64,000 nt of DNA from a virus (lineage: Duplodnaviria > Caudoviricetes), in IMG/VR virus record IMGVR_UViG_3300044518_000037, positions 11,808 to 75,807 of that record. One strand, 5' to 3'. The notes beneath the pieces are model-generated. The model ran no database searches. It worked only from the letters and a program-made list of their open reading frames with translations, and was not told where the DNA came from. The first letter of the stretch is position 1. Every line of letters begins with the position of its first letter. Of this stretch, positions 24,998 to 34,323 are shown in pieces. Made by a program: the position numbers and the translations under genes.

Positions 24998-25890
24998 GCA
25001 GCGACCTCCCAAGCGCGGCAGTTCTTGCAGCCGGAGGCACCGTTGACGTTGCAGGCCGGCGGCCGCCCGGCGGCAAGGGCGTCTGTGACGATCTGAGCGC
25101 CCTCGATGACCGGCTCCGATATCTCCTCGGAGTACAGGACGGTGAAAGCCTTCGCCTCCTGGGTCGGCTTGAACTCGTAGATGTAGGTGATCCGGTCCAC
25201 CATCAGGTCTTCGAAATGTCTTGCAAGATAGAGGTAGAGCTGGCCCTGGCGCAGGGCCTGCGGAAGCGGGCGGCGAAAGTCGCGCCACAGCCGGGTCAGG
25301 TCGTAGACAGTGCCCCGACCGTCCATCTCCAGCTCAAAGCGGGAGAGGAACTTGGGGTCCTCGAACCTCAGCGACCCGATGCCGAGAGTCTTGATCTCGA
25401 CCAGGGAGTTGTCCTCGGGGCAGTAGCCATCCGTGCTGCCGCCGATCGTCAGCGCCGGCGCGTTGAGTTCAACCTCGGCGTAGTCGATAGCGCGGGCCGG
25501 GGCGGAGCACAGCTGACACTCCTCGGGCGTCTCATCATCCCAGAACTCCTGGCCGCAGGACCGGCAGTGCCAGTTGCCCGCCAGCCGGCCCATCTCCTGC
25601 AACCACTTTTGCCACTTCGCATGGGTCTGGTGACCCTCGCGGAACACGTTCTCGCGCACGAACGTCGTGGGGCCCTTGGGTCGCGGGTCGGTGAGCTTGT
25701 AGTACGCGGCCCGATGGCACCAGTCAGCCTTGACCATCTCGGACGGGTGGAGCACGTCCTGGCGCCGGCCGTCAGGCTGGGCGGCCTTCAGCAGGACGTG
25801 CTTCTGCACGTCACCGAACAGCACCTCGGTCGACTTGCTGGCCTCCAGATACGCGGCGAGCCCCGGGCCCGGCCTCACGCTGCGTGCCAC
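24994..25890 (-). CDS. Cas4/RecB-like PD-(D/E)XK exonuclease with a zinc-ribbon insert
   Basis: HPSE...C, GH..H, GSTDG, VEIKT, QGQLY, terminal C...CxxC; inserted CRSC...CQLC. Confidence 0.88.
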   Translation of the reverse strand: MARSVRPGPGLAAYLEASKSTEVLFGDVQKHVLLKAAQPDGRRQDVLHPSEMVKADWCHRAAYYKLTDPRPKGPTTFVRENVFREGHQTHAKWQKWLQEMGRLAGNWHCRSCGQEFWDDETPEECQLCSAPARAIDYAEVELNAPALTIGGSTDGYCPEDNSLVEIKTLGIGSLRFEDPKFLSRFELEMDGRGTVYDLTRLWRDFRRPLPQALRQGQLYLYLARHFEDLMVDRITYIYEFKPTQEAKAFTVLYSEEISEPVIEGAQIVTDALAAGRPPACNVNGASGCKNCRAWEVAA

Positions 25891-26225
25891 ATTTCCTCCG
25901 TTTTGATTCCGTCATCAGCCGGCTGCCAGGTCCACCGCTCAGGACTATTCGGGTACTTCAGACGCATACGAAGCCGGTCGGCCGGACGCATGCCACCCCA
26001 GACGCCGTACGCCTCCTTGTTGTGCATCGAGTTGCGCAGGCACTCCAGTCGGCGCGGGCAGACAATCCCGTCGTAGACGCCGTTGCAGATCTCCAGGGCC
26101 ACACGCTCATTGCTGAAGAAGAGCTCCGGGCCGCCAAGGAGTTCAGGAATCCCCCGGCACTTTGCTGCGCCCCTGGGGTCCTTCTCTGACCAGTCAGGGG
26201 AGGGTACGCGCGGTCGAATCGCCAT
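25875..26225 (-). CDS. whiB: WhiB-family transcription factor
   Basis: AKC...PELFF...C...CP...C...GVWGG. Confidence 0.92.
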   Translation of the reverse strand: MAIRPRVPSPDWSEKDPRGAAKCRGIPELLGGPELFFSNERVALEICNGVYDGIVCPRRLECLRNSMHNKEAYGVWGGMRPADRLRMRLKYPNSPERWTWQPADDGIKTEEMWHAA

Positions 26226-26532
26226 TGCTGCCCCCCGAGGTCAGCTCAGTGAAGGTCTCGTAGGGAAGGACGACCCAGGTGCGGCCGCACATCTCGATGG
26301 CGAACGCCATCTTCCGGAAGTCCAGGAGTGCGTGCCTCTCAGCGGCTGTCAGTGCATCGTTGGTGAGCGAGTAGGACTTCTTCGTCGTGGTCTTGCACTC
26401 GATCGACCAGTCAGCGGTTCTGACGTCGTTCTTGACGGCCCATCCGCTTCCTGATCCGGCCACGGTTCGGCCGCCGAGGGAGCGGGCGATGCTCTTCTCC
26501 TGTCGGCGTGAGGCACGCTGTCGTGCGTCCAT
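26194..26532 (-). CDS. Hjc-like PD-(D/E)XK nuclease/Holliday junction resolvase
   Basis: E..IA..LGG...GSG....NDV...WSIECK. Confidence 0.8.
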   Translation of the reverse strand: MDARQRASRRQEKSIARSLGGRTVAGSGSGWAVKNDVRTADWSIECKTTTKKSYSLTNDALTAAERHALLDFRKMAFAIEMCGRTWVVLPYETFTELTSGGSNGDSTARTLP

Positions 26533-27575
26533 CAGTGCGCTCCGGGGATGGCCTGGTGCACGGCCACGTCGATCTGCTCGCGCAGCTCCTCGTCGCCGTT
26601 GAGGGCCTTGCACATGGCCGGCTCACCGTGCCACTGCTGGTCGCCGAAGCTGTACCAGCCGTTGCTCGTCTTGGAGATGACGCCGTAGAGGACTCCCATG
26701 GCCACCGTCTCCGCCGTGAGGTCGTAGTCGCCCTTGCGGAAGCCGGAGGGGGAGTCGGCGAAGAAGAACCGAATGCTGGCAACCTGTTGGGGCGCGGCGG
26801 CCTTGTTCTTGATCGTCTTGAGCTTGATGACTTGGCCACATCGAGCCAGTCCCTTGCCTGGCCGCTTCTCATCGAGCCACTCGGTGCGCGAGACCTCCAG
26901 GCGCACATAGTACGCGTAATTCTTCGCGTTGCCGCCGGGGCTCGTCTTCGGCGTCATTCCGTTCGGAGAAAAGCCACCGATCTTGTCTCGGAACTGGTTG
27001 ATGATCAGGCCGAGAAGAGGGCGCTCCTCCTGGACCAGGGAGCGCTTGGTGTGGCCACCGGCCTTCCTGAAGAACTTTCCGGTAACTCGGGCGCCCGCAG
27101 AAATCGTGAACTCATCCATTTCCTTCGCGTCCTCGTCGTTGGCGATCAGCGCAGGATAGGAGTCCAGGACGATCGCATCTACCGCCCGGGATTCGGCGGC
27201 GTCTAGCATCGCTGTGTACGCCTCCTCCATGCTGTTCGTCGAGTGGACGAGGACTCGGCTGGTGTCGACCCCGAGATCCTCGGCCCAGTCCTGGTCGTAG
27301 CCCTCGGCTGCGATCCAGAGTGTCGTGAAATCGGGGTCCCGATGCTGGTTGGCGGCGATGGTCTTGTGGGCGATCGTCGTCTTGCCCGAGGATTCGCTCC
27401 CGATGATCTCCGACCACTGGTTGCCGGGCCATCCGCCGCCGAGCATCACGTCCAGGCTCAGCGATCCGGAGGTGAATCGGGGAAGCGGGGGTATCTGGGA
27501 GGCGACGACGAGAGTCCCGTCGCCGCACTTCTTATTGATTCTCGCCATCAGTGCGCGGGCGTCGTCGCTCAGCAC
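26532..27575 (-). CDS. recA: RecA/UvsX recombinase
   Basis: TSGSLSLDVMLGGG, GSESSGKTT, IAAE, LDS, INQFRDKIG, PGG.A..Y. Confidence 0.96.
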   Translation of the reverse strand: MLSDDARALMARINKKCGDGTLVVASQIPPLPRFTSGSLSLDVMLGGGWPGNQWSEIIGSESSGKTTIAHKTIAANQHRDPDFTTLWIAAEGYDQDWAEDLGVDTSRVLVHSTNSMEEAYTAMLDAAESRAVDAIVLDSYPALIANDEDAKEMDEFTISAGARVTGKFFRKAGGHTKRSLVQEERPLLGLIINQFRDKIGGFSPNGMTPKTSPGGNAKNYAYYVRLEVSRTEWLDEKRPGKGLARCGQVIKLKTIKNKAAAPQQVASIRFFFADSPSGFRKGDYDLTAETVAMGVLYGVISKTSNGWYSFGDQQWHGEPAMCKALNGDEELREQIDVAVHQAIPGAH

Positions 27576-27618
27576 AATCGGCTCCTCTCATATCCGAGGA
27601 GCACAACTCTATGAATTC

Positions 27619-27651
27619 AAAAAACTCACCAGAATAGACTATTCGGGTGAG
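27619..27651 (-). terminator. Intrinsic terminator upstream of recA
   Basis: Minus strand CTCACCCGAATAGTCTATTCTGGTGAG followed by TTTTTT. Confidence 0.75.
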
Positions 27652-27656
27652 TGAAT

Positions 27657-28034
27657 TTAAACGTGCCCGATGATTGTCATGACGTTTCCGGAGCCCTGGG
27701 CCTGGCGCAGAGACACCCTCGCCGGAATGCTGTCGCGATTCGGGACGATCGCGCCGGAGGTCGAGTGCATCACCGGATACCCGCAATCCATACAGCGCGG
27801 CGCCGTGTTAGGCGTCGCCTTGTGGTAGGTCCCGCTGAAGCAGTTGGGGCACTGGCCACTCTCGCGCAGGCGCGGTGCCGGGGCCGCAGCGGGTGAGGTG
27901 GTCGGCGGTGCTGCCAGCGCGGGGGCGGCTGGCGCGTACGTCGGCTGCGCCCACCAGGGCGTCTGTGTGGCAGCCGCAGCCGGCGCGGCGGCCGTCGTTC
28001 CGGCTTGCCGGAGCTTCTCTTCCCAGAAGTTCAT
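27657..28034 (-). CDS. Zinc-ribbon protein with an Ala/Pro-rich linker
   Basis: CPNC...CMDC; ATG at 28034 after GGAGGAG. Confidence 0.75.
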   Translation of the reverse strand: MNFWEEKLRQAGTTAAAPAAAATQTPWWAQPTYAPAAPALAAPPTTSPAAAPAPRLRESGQCPNCFSGTYHKATPNTAPRCMDCGYPVMHSTSGAIVPNRDSIPARVSLRQAQGSGNVMTIIGHV

Positions 28035-28393
28035 CGCTCCTCCACCACCCGCAGCTTGCCCATGTCGACCAGCCGGATGATGGCGCCGGCCACGCAGGCG
28101 TGAGCGATGGCGGTGTACATCGCCAGGTCCCCCTCGTCCTCGGTTGAGCCCGTGCACAGGGCGTGGATCACGTCGGCGGCGATCGCGGAGGACTCGGCGA
28201 TCGCATCGATGACCGGCTTGATGGCCCCGTACCGGGCGTGGGCGTCGAGATGCTCCCTCGCGTCGACCTCGGGGCCGGAGGGGACGAGGCCGAGCCTTTC
28301 GCAGATCACGTAGTAGTCCTCGCACGATGCGACATTGCGCACCATGGCCCGGAACTCGGTGCCGTACGCCGACGGCGAGATTTCAGACCTCAT
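28031..28393 (-). CDS. Hypothetical protein, 120 aa
   Basis: Coupled to the downstream gene. Confidence 0.7.
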   Translation of the reverse strand: MRSEISPSAYGTEFRAMVRNVASCEDYYVICERLGLVPSGPEVDAREHLDAHARYGAIKPVIDAIAESSAIAADVIHALCTGSTEDEGDLAMYTAIAHACVAGAIIRLVDMGKLRVVEER

Positions 28394-28423
28394 GGGGCCA
28401 ATATACGGATCGACACAAGCGAA

Positions 28424-30316
28424 CTATTTTGCTTCGGACCACCGGTCACACACCTTTACGTCGGTAATCACGGGGACGCCGAGGAGCTGCATGTCGGCGC
28501 CGGCCATTGCCTCGTGGAGGATGCGTGAGCCCTCCTCCACGATGCTCTCGGGGCACAGGACCGCGAGTTCGTCGTGGACGGTGAGCATCAGCTGCATGCC
28601 CTCCAGGCGCGTCTTGTTGAAGCGCACCATGGCGAGCTTGGTCAGATCCGCGTTGGTTCCCTGGATGTGCGAATTGACGACCTGTCGCTCGGCGCGCGAG
28701 CGCTGGGCAGGAATCGGGGACAGCAGGTCGGGCAGGCGCCGACGGCGGCCGAGGAGCGTGTGGAGGTAGGGCTGCGGGCGCCGGGCGCGGACGGTGTTCA
28801 GGATCTTGTCCTTGTAGCGGTAGACCTCGGGGAATTGCTTCTCGTGGGTCTTCATGAAAGCGCGTGCCTTGGTGACGGACACACCTGCCATGTCGGCGAG
28901 CTTGCCGGGGCCAGCGCCGTAGATAATCGCGAATGCGATGCCCTTGGCGACCTGCCGCATCTGCTTGGTGACTTCATCCGGCGAGACGCCGAATACGGCT
29001 GCGGCGGTGGCGACATGCGCGTCCAGGCCGTCCCAGAAGCCAGCGTGGAGCTTTCCGGCGCCGGCGAAATGCGCGAGGATGCGCAGCTCAATTTGCGCGT
29101 AGTCCGCGACCAACAACTTGTGGCCGGGCGGTGGTTGGAACAAATCGCGGATGCGCTTGCCCCATGCGGAGTCCGGCCTCGGCCAGTTCTGGACGTTGGG
29201 CTGCCTGCACGAGAATCGGCCGGTGACGGTGCCATATTGAGCGAAGGACGGGTAGATGCGTCCGTCGAAGATCTGAGTGGGTCGTTCGTCGTCGCCGAGG
29301 TAGCCCTCCACGTAGGTGTGGAGGATCGTGGCGAGCTCCTGATAGCTGAGGATCTCGTCCACCAGCGGGTTGCCCTTGTGAAAGGCGAGCGCGTCAGCGT
29401 CAGTGCTCGGGGCGCCGGTCTTGGTGAGCTTGCGGGGTGTGAGGCCCTGACCGTCCGGGCGCGGCCCGTACAGCAGCCGCTGCTTCTGCGGGACTGACCC
29501 GAGGTTGAAATGAGTGCCGGCAGCCCGGTAGACGGCGGCTTCTCGGCCGACGAGCTCTGAGCGCAGGTCGTCCCTCAGCTGCTCCAGGGCGACGATGTCG
29601 ACGGGGGCGCCGGGGGCCTGCATGTGGAGCAGGCACTCAAGGACGTCCATCTCCAGGTCCCAGATCCTGGTGAGGCCCTGGGCGTCGATCTCGGGTCGTA
29701 GCCGAAGCCAGTGCAGCCAGGTCGCCTTGGCATCGAGCCACGCGTAGTCCGCGACCTTGCCGAATTCGTGCGCCTCGACGCATTTGCCGACGTTCTCGTG
29801 GTCGTAGTCGAGTCGGTAGGCGTCTTTGGTGAGCGGCTTGAGGCCGAGCAACCGGTTCTCGTTGCACAACCACGCCGCGACGATGGTGTCCCCGTAGGGT
29901 GGGGGCGGGTAGCCGCCGTAGTACTTGGCGATCGACAAGAAATCGAACGTCGCGTTGTGTGCGATCTTCGTACGGTTGCTGAAGAACAGGGGGTGCAACG
30001 CCTCGAAGACCTGACTTGGACGCAACTGCTTTGGGGGGTCGCTGAATTGGGCCGGTATGTTCTCGCGCAGGTTGGTTGCCTTGTTCTTCCGCCAGCTGGC
30101 CTTGCGCAGAAGCTCGTAGCCGTTCGGGTGGCCGAGTGGAATGACGGTCGCGGCGCCCTGGGTGGCCAGCGAGATCCAGGTGACCTTGTTGACGGCAGCC
30201 ACGCCCCGATTAGCGCCAGAGGTCTCAACGTCGAACGCAAACGCGTCACGGTCGCTGAAGTAGTTGACGACCTGGTGGAGGTCGTCCGTGGTGGTGACGA
30301 GCTGCGGGGGTTTCAT
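28424..30316 (-). CDS. polA: Family A DNA polymerase (3'-5' exonuclease plus polymerase, no 5'-3' exonuclease)
   Basis: AFDVET, HNATFD, YAWLDA, TVTGRFS..QPN.QN, ADYAQIELRILAH, R..AK..AF..IYG, TVHDEL. Confidence 0.96.
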   Translation of the reverse strand: MKPPQLVTTTDDLHQVVNYFSDRDAFAFDVETSGANRGVAAVNKVTWISLATQGAATVIPLGHPNGYELLRKASWRKNKATNLRENIPAQFSDPPKQLRPSQVFEALHPLFFSNRTKIAHNATFDFLSIAKYYGGYPPPPYGDTIVAAWLCNENRLLGLKPLTKDAYRLDYDHENVGKCVEAHEFGKVADYAWLDAKATWLHWLRLRPEIDAQGLTRIWDLEMDVLECLLHMQAPGAPVDIVALEQLRDDLRSELVGREAAVYRAAGTHFNLGSVPQKQRLLYGPRPDGQGLTPRKLTKTGAPSTDADALAFHKGNPLVDEILSYQELATILHTYVEGYLGDDERPTQIFDGRIYPSFAQYGTVTGRFSCRQPNVQNWPRPDSAWGKRIRDLFQPPPGHKLLVADYAQIELRILAHFAGAGKLHAGFWDGLDAHVATAAAVFGVSPDEVTKQMRQVAKGIAFAIIYGAGPGKLADMAGVSVTKARAFMKTHEKQFPEVYRYKDKILNTVRARRPQPYLHTLLGRRRRLPDLLSPIPAQRSRAERQVVNSHIQGTNADLTKLAMVRFNKTRLEGMQLMLTVHDELAVLCPESIVEEGSRILHEAMAGADMQLLGVPVITDVKVCDRWSEAK

Positions 30317-30392
30317 CCGCCCTCCTCGTTGGCGCGGTTGGGCCACCGCCGGCCCGGTGCGGTCACGGGCCGGCGGTGGTGCGAGGGGGCGG

Positions 30393-31076
30393 TCAGTCGT
30401 CCAGCAGAGTCTTGACCAGGGCAGCCATCTCAGCGCTGTCCAGGAGGTCCTTGACCGGCTCGGTGCGGCGGTCGGCCAGAAACTGCTCGGCTTCGGCGGC
30501 ACCGAGCGGCTCGACGCCGGTCTCCTCCTCCAGGTCCCGCGCCTTGATGCGCTCCAGGTGGTACTCCACCGCCTTCGCCTTCTGGGACTTGGCGATCGTG
30601 AAGTACAGGTCGTCCCGGTTGAGGGGGCCCCTGCGCTCGTCCAGCGCGATGTCCTTGAGCTGCCGGGCAAGCTTGACGCCGGCCTCCCAGACCCGAAGCT
30701 CGGGGTTGCTGGGGTCCTCGAAAGAAATCACGTTAAAGCACGCGGAGAACTTCTTTGGCTTGTCTCCGATTGAGCAGAGCTGGCATTCCGAGCCACCCCA
30801 GCAGCGGACGGACTTGCTGCCTTCCTTGATTTCCTCTATCCAGTGCGCCACGTAATTGTCGAACGGGTCGGCGTCGAGGATCTTGATGACGATGGGGTCT
30901 TCGGTGACCTTCAGGTAGAGGTCGCCGCTGGCCTGGTTGGCGAGCTTGTCCATCCTGCCCCAGCCGCCGGTTCCGGAGGAATTCTCTTCGGCGGGTTCGG
31001 GGGCCTCGCGCTTCGTTGTCGGGGCGGGGGTGCTGGGGAGATTGCGGCGACGGCCGAAGGTGCGCTGCTCAGGCAT
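30393..31076 (-). CDS. Phage single-stranded DNA-binding protein (gp32-like)
   Basis: IKIL...HW...C...C.LC...FNVI pattern; acidic tail; adjacent to the polymerase. Confidence 0.75.
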   Translation of the reverse strand: MPEQRTFGRRRNLPSTPAPTTKREAPEPAEENSSGTGGWGRMDKLANQASGDLYLKVTEDPIVIKILDADPFDNYVAHWIEEIKEGSKSVRCWGGSECQLCSIGDKPKKFSACFNVISFEDPSNPELRVWEAGVKLARQLKDIALDERRGPLNRDDLYFTIAKSQKAKAVEYHLERIKARDLEEETGVEPLGAAEAEQFLADRRTEPVKDLLDSAEMAALVKTLLDD

Positions 31077-31530
31077 TGGGATTCCAATCCGGGACGGGGT
31101 CAGGGAGGGTGGTTCGGGTCGCCTTGAACAATTCGGCGCAGCGGCTCGGGAACAGGGTGTTGCCGATGTAGCGCTGGTTTCCGTTCAGGACGCCCTCGTC
31201 TTGGGCGATGCGGATGACGCCCTCGATTTGGAGGCGTGTGTAGAGGCGCCGCTGCCCGTGCTTGCTTCCGCCGTTGTAGATGAAGGTGGCGGCGGGAAAG
31301 AGGCTGGCGCGTTCCCACTTGTAGATGGTTTTCGGCGAGCGCTGGAGGGCGGTCGACAGGTGGCCGATTCCAAAGAATTCCCTGAGGAATCCGCCCTGGC
31401 GCTTGTAGATGGGGTCCTCGTCCCAGTAGGTGATGGGGTTCATCACGACGTGGGCGAGGGGGGCCTGGAGGGGGCGGGCGGTGCCGGGGTAGGTGTCGTA
31501 TGGCTGCCGCTGGGGGCCGATCCCGGTCAT
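31069..31530 (-). CDS. MerR/excisionase-like HTH DNA-binding protein
   Basis: FGIGHLSTALQRSPKTIYKWER...RRLYT. Confidence 0.8.
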   Translation of the reverse strand: MTGIGPQRQPYDTYPGTARPLQAPLAHVVMNPITYWDEDPIYKRQGGFLREFFGIGHLSTALQRSPKTIYKWERASLFPAATFIYNGGSKHGQRRLYTRLQIEGVIRIAQDEGVLNGNQRYIGNTLFPSRCAELFKATRTTLPDPVPDWNPNA

Positions 31531-31940
31531 GCCTGGTCCTCGTCGCCCCAGTCGGGCGTGATGCGGCGTACGACCGTGGGGAAGGTGGCGGCGATGACGC
31601 GGTAGATTTCCTCGCCCAGCTCGGGGTCTTCGCGCTCGCAGTACGTGAAGAGCGAGAAGCCAGCGCTGGTGCCGCTGAGCGGCGGCTCGGGCAGGAAGGT
31701 GTAGAGGGCGCTAGCGCTCAGGCCGAGGCTGGCGGCGAGGCGTACGACGACGGTGTGCGGCAGGGAGCCGCCGCGCCTGGCGTTGCGGGCGAGCTGGGGC
31801 CCGGAAATGAACGGCGCGAGCGTCTGGGGGTCGACGCCGAGGCCGGCTGCCATCTGGGCCCAGGTGAGTTCGCTGGCTCTCTTGATGGCGTGGAGGCGTT
31901 CCCAGTAGAAGCGGGACTTCTCCAGGCTGGGCTTGGTCAT
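31527..31940 (-). CDS. XRE-like HTH protein
   Basis: LTWAQMAAGLGVDPQTL...VVRLAASLGLS. Confidence 0.75.
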   Translation of the reverse strand: MTKPSLEKSRFYWERLHAIKRASELTWAQMAAGLGVDPQTLAPFISGPQLARNARRGGSLPHTVVVRLAASLGLSASALYTFLPEPPLSGTSAGFSLFTYCEREDPELGEEIYRVIAATFPTVVRRITPDWGDEDQA

Positions 31941-32380
31941 GAGAGTCCCCGGAACGCGTAGGATTCCTTCTGGGTGAATATGGCGTCCATTTCGGATTCG
32001 GTGAGGACGCCCTCTTGAAGGAGGACGTACAGCTCTTCGGTGTCCAGCGTGGGAACCGGAGGGAATGCGCGTTGGTATACGTTCTCGCCCTTGCTGCGGG
32101 TGATTTCTTCGGCCGCTGAGAGGTCGGGTATAACGGATACGCGGCGCTCCCGCTTGATGCGGTTGAAGCCCTCGATCTCCATCGGAAGGTCGAGATACTG
32201 GCTTCCCTTGTGGTCGCGGTAGCCGCGCTGCATTACAGCCTTCGTGATGCTGTCGCGCAGCTTGTCGCGCTCGGCGCCGATCTTCTCCGCTTCGCGCTTC
32301 AGGAGAGCCCACCGGCGAACTGTTGGAAGAATCGGATCGAAAGGAAGTCTGCCGGCGCTTTCATCCTCTGTTTCAGGCAT
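31937..32380 (-). CDS. Hypothetical phage protein with an N-terminal coiled coil
   Basis: ORF coupled to the downstream gene. Confidence 0.75.
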   Translation of the reverse strand: MPETEDESAGRLPFDPILPTVRRWALLKREAEKIGAERDKLRDSITKAVMQRGYRDHKGSQYLDLPMEIEGFNRIKRERRVSVIPDLSAAEEITRSKGENVYQRAFPPVPTLDTEELYVLLQEGVLTESEMDAIFTQKESYAFRGLS

Positions 32381-32488
32381 GGGGGTACCCCGTTCGGAGT
32401 AGGGAGTTGCTGCCGGAGATACTCGGCTTTCCAGGTGCTTTAAGCCTATGAAGTGGAAAAATAGCCTGGTAGGGCCGTCCGAGTGATC

Positions 32489-34084
32489 TCAGGAAATGCG
32501 GCCGAGGTGTTCGGCGAGGGTTTCCACATCGGCGGTGATGGTGGTCTCGCCGCGCCCGTCAACGATGGCTTCGGACAGTCGGCCGCGCAGGGCAAGGGTG
32601 GCCTGCTGGCGCTCTTCGACGCTGTCCTCCACTACGAGGTTGACCACGTAGACGCAGGCGTGCTGGGAACTGGCCCTCACATGGCGCGTGTTGCGCTGGT
32701 CGAGGACGCCCTTGCTGTCGGGGAGGTCTACGTTGATCAGGTACTGGGCCTCCGGCAGGTCCAACCCGTACCCGCCGGCGTTGGTGCTGAGGAAGAGGCG
32801 GCAGTCGGGGTCGGTGGCGAACTTGGCCTTGGCGGCGGCCTTGGCGCTGGCGTCCATCTCGCCGTGGAACTGGACGTGTGCGCCGAATCGATCGAGCCTT
32901 TCGGCGAGGTAGGGCAGCAGGCGCCGGTAGGAGGTGAACACCGCGACCTTCGTGCCGTCCTCGGCGAGCATCTGCGTGATCAGGCGCTCCAGCTCGTCCA
33001 ACTTGGGCGTCGTCGTGATGTTGGGGTACTCCCAGCTCGCGGCCACGAGGTCGGCGATGTACTCCGAGCCCTCGCCCCGGCCCTCGTGGTACGCCTCGGC
33101 CGAGTCCATGAGTAGCCCGGGGTGACACAGGAGCAACCTGGCCGCCAGCAACCGGGCCATGACCTTGCCCTGGGCGCGCCTGTCCTCCTCGCCCATTTCG
33201 CCGGCGTAGTAGGCCGCGAGGTCCACCGGCGAGCCGGCCTCGGCCGCCTCCTCCAGGGCCTCGCCAAGGTCAGCGAGAATGATCTTGTAGAACTTGCGCG
33301 TCGCAGCGTCCAGGACGACGGTGCGGGTGGTCTCGGCCACGGCCGGCAGGTACCGCGCCACCTCCGGGTCGAGGCGGGACTTGCGGATCATCGCGGGCTT
33401 GAGCCGGGAGTTGAGCAGCCGCAGGTTCTTGTACCCCGTGACGGAGCCCCATGGATTTCTGGTGATGTAGCTCTTGTCGAACAAGTCCCAGCGGCCGAGG
33501 ATCTCGCGGTCAACCCACTGCATGATGCTGAAGAGTTCCTCGGGCTTGTTCTCAACTGGCGTGCCAGTGAGGGCTATTCGGATCTCCGGCTGGAGGCGCT
33601 TAGCCTTCTTCGAGACCTGCGCTGAGAAGGACTTGATAGCGGTGGCTTCGTCCAGGATGACCGCGTCGAACCGGTGCGTCAGCAACTGCTCCCAGTCGTT
33701 GCGCAGGCCCCCGTACGACATGATCACGTAGTCCGGGTTGGTCAGGCCGACGTACTCCCACTGGCGGGCGCGAGCGTTCGCGGTGCCGTCGAGGACCATA
33801 CACGTCTCCTCGATCGGCACGATGAGTTCGGCCCCGCGCAGCGCCAGGGTGCGGCGGTCAACGTCGGTGAACTTGGAAATGGCCTGGGCCCACTGCCATT
33901 TGAGGGAGGCTGGCACGATCAGCAAGGCGTTGTTGATGGTGCCGTTGCCGAGCAGCTCTTCCAGGGCGGCGATGGTGAGGACGGTTTTTCCGGTGCCCAT
34001 GCTGTAGGCGACAAGGATGCGCTGGCGCCGGAGGATGTCTCTTACTGCGCGCTCTTGGTAGGGGTAGAGGCTTCCGGTGAACAC
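32489..34084 (-). CDS. SNF2/DEAD-like superfamily 2 helicase
   Basis: MGTGKT, VILDEA, ALTGTP, FLSTNAGGYGLDL, QRNTR..R. Confidence 0.93.
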   Translation of the reverse strand: MFTGSLYPYQERAVRDILRRQRILVAYSMGTGKTVLTIAALEELLGNGTINNALLIVPASLKWQWAQAISKFTDVDRRTLALRGAELIVPIEETCMVLDGTANARARQWEYVGLTNPDYVIMSYGGLRNDWEQLLTHRFDAVILDEATAIKSFSAQVSKKAKRLQPEIRIALTGTPVENKPEELFSIMQWVDREILGRWDLFDKSYITRNPWGSVTGYKNLRLLNSRLKPAMIRKSRLDPEVARYLPAVAETTRTVVLDAATRKFYKIILADLGEALEEAAEAGSPVDLAAYYAGEMGEEDRRAQGKVMARLLAARLLLCHPGLLMDSAEAYHEGRGEGSEYIADLVAASWEYPNITTTPKLDELERLITQMLAEDGTKVAVFTSYRRLLPYLAERLDRFGAHVQFHGEMDASAKAAAKAKFATDPDCRLFLSTNAGGYGLDLPEAQYLINVDLPDSKGVLDQRNTRHVRASSQHACVYVVNLVVEDSVEERQQATLALRGRLSEAIVDGRGETTITADVETLAEHLGRIS

Positions 34085-34323
34085 TCGTCCTCCTCTCCGG
34101 CGGTGGGGAGGATGAATGGTCTGATCTGCTCGTCCATCCCGAGCCAGACGAGGATGGACACCAGGGCGTCGCTACTACAGTTGAAGCCTCGGCCGAGGCG
34201 GGTCATGAGACTAGGAGTGACGCCGATCTCGTCGGCGATCTCGTACCAGTTCAGGCTTCGCCGGAACCGTGCGCGCAGTAGAGCTGCGTGCACTGCTCGA
34301 ACGTTGAGCTGGTGGGTGGTCAT
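34042..34323 (-). CDS. XRE-like HTH protein
   Basis: AAAGGAG RBS; LNWYEIADEIGVTPSLMTRL. Confidence 0.75.
   Translation of the reverse strand: MTTHQLNVRAVHAALLRARFRRSLNWYEIADEIGVTPSLMTRLGRGFNCSSDALVSILVWLGMDEQIRPFILPTAGEEDECSPEASTPTKSAQ

Noticed and set aside
24994-25890. Cas4-like gene as evidence of a CRISPR system
   Set aside because: No repeat-spacer array or other cas genes; the context is a phage recombination operon
28424-30316. Intein or intron in PolA, RecA or DnaB
   Set aside because: Lengths are ordinary and no splice or homing-endonuclease motifs were seen
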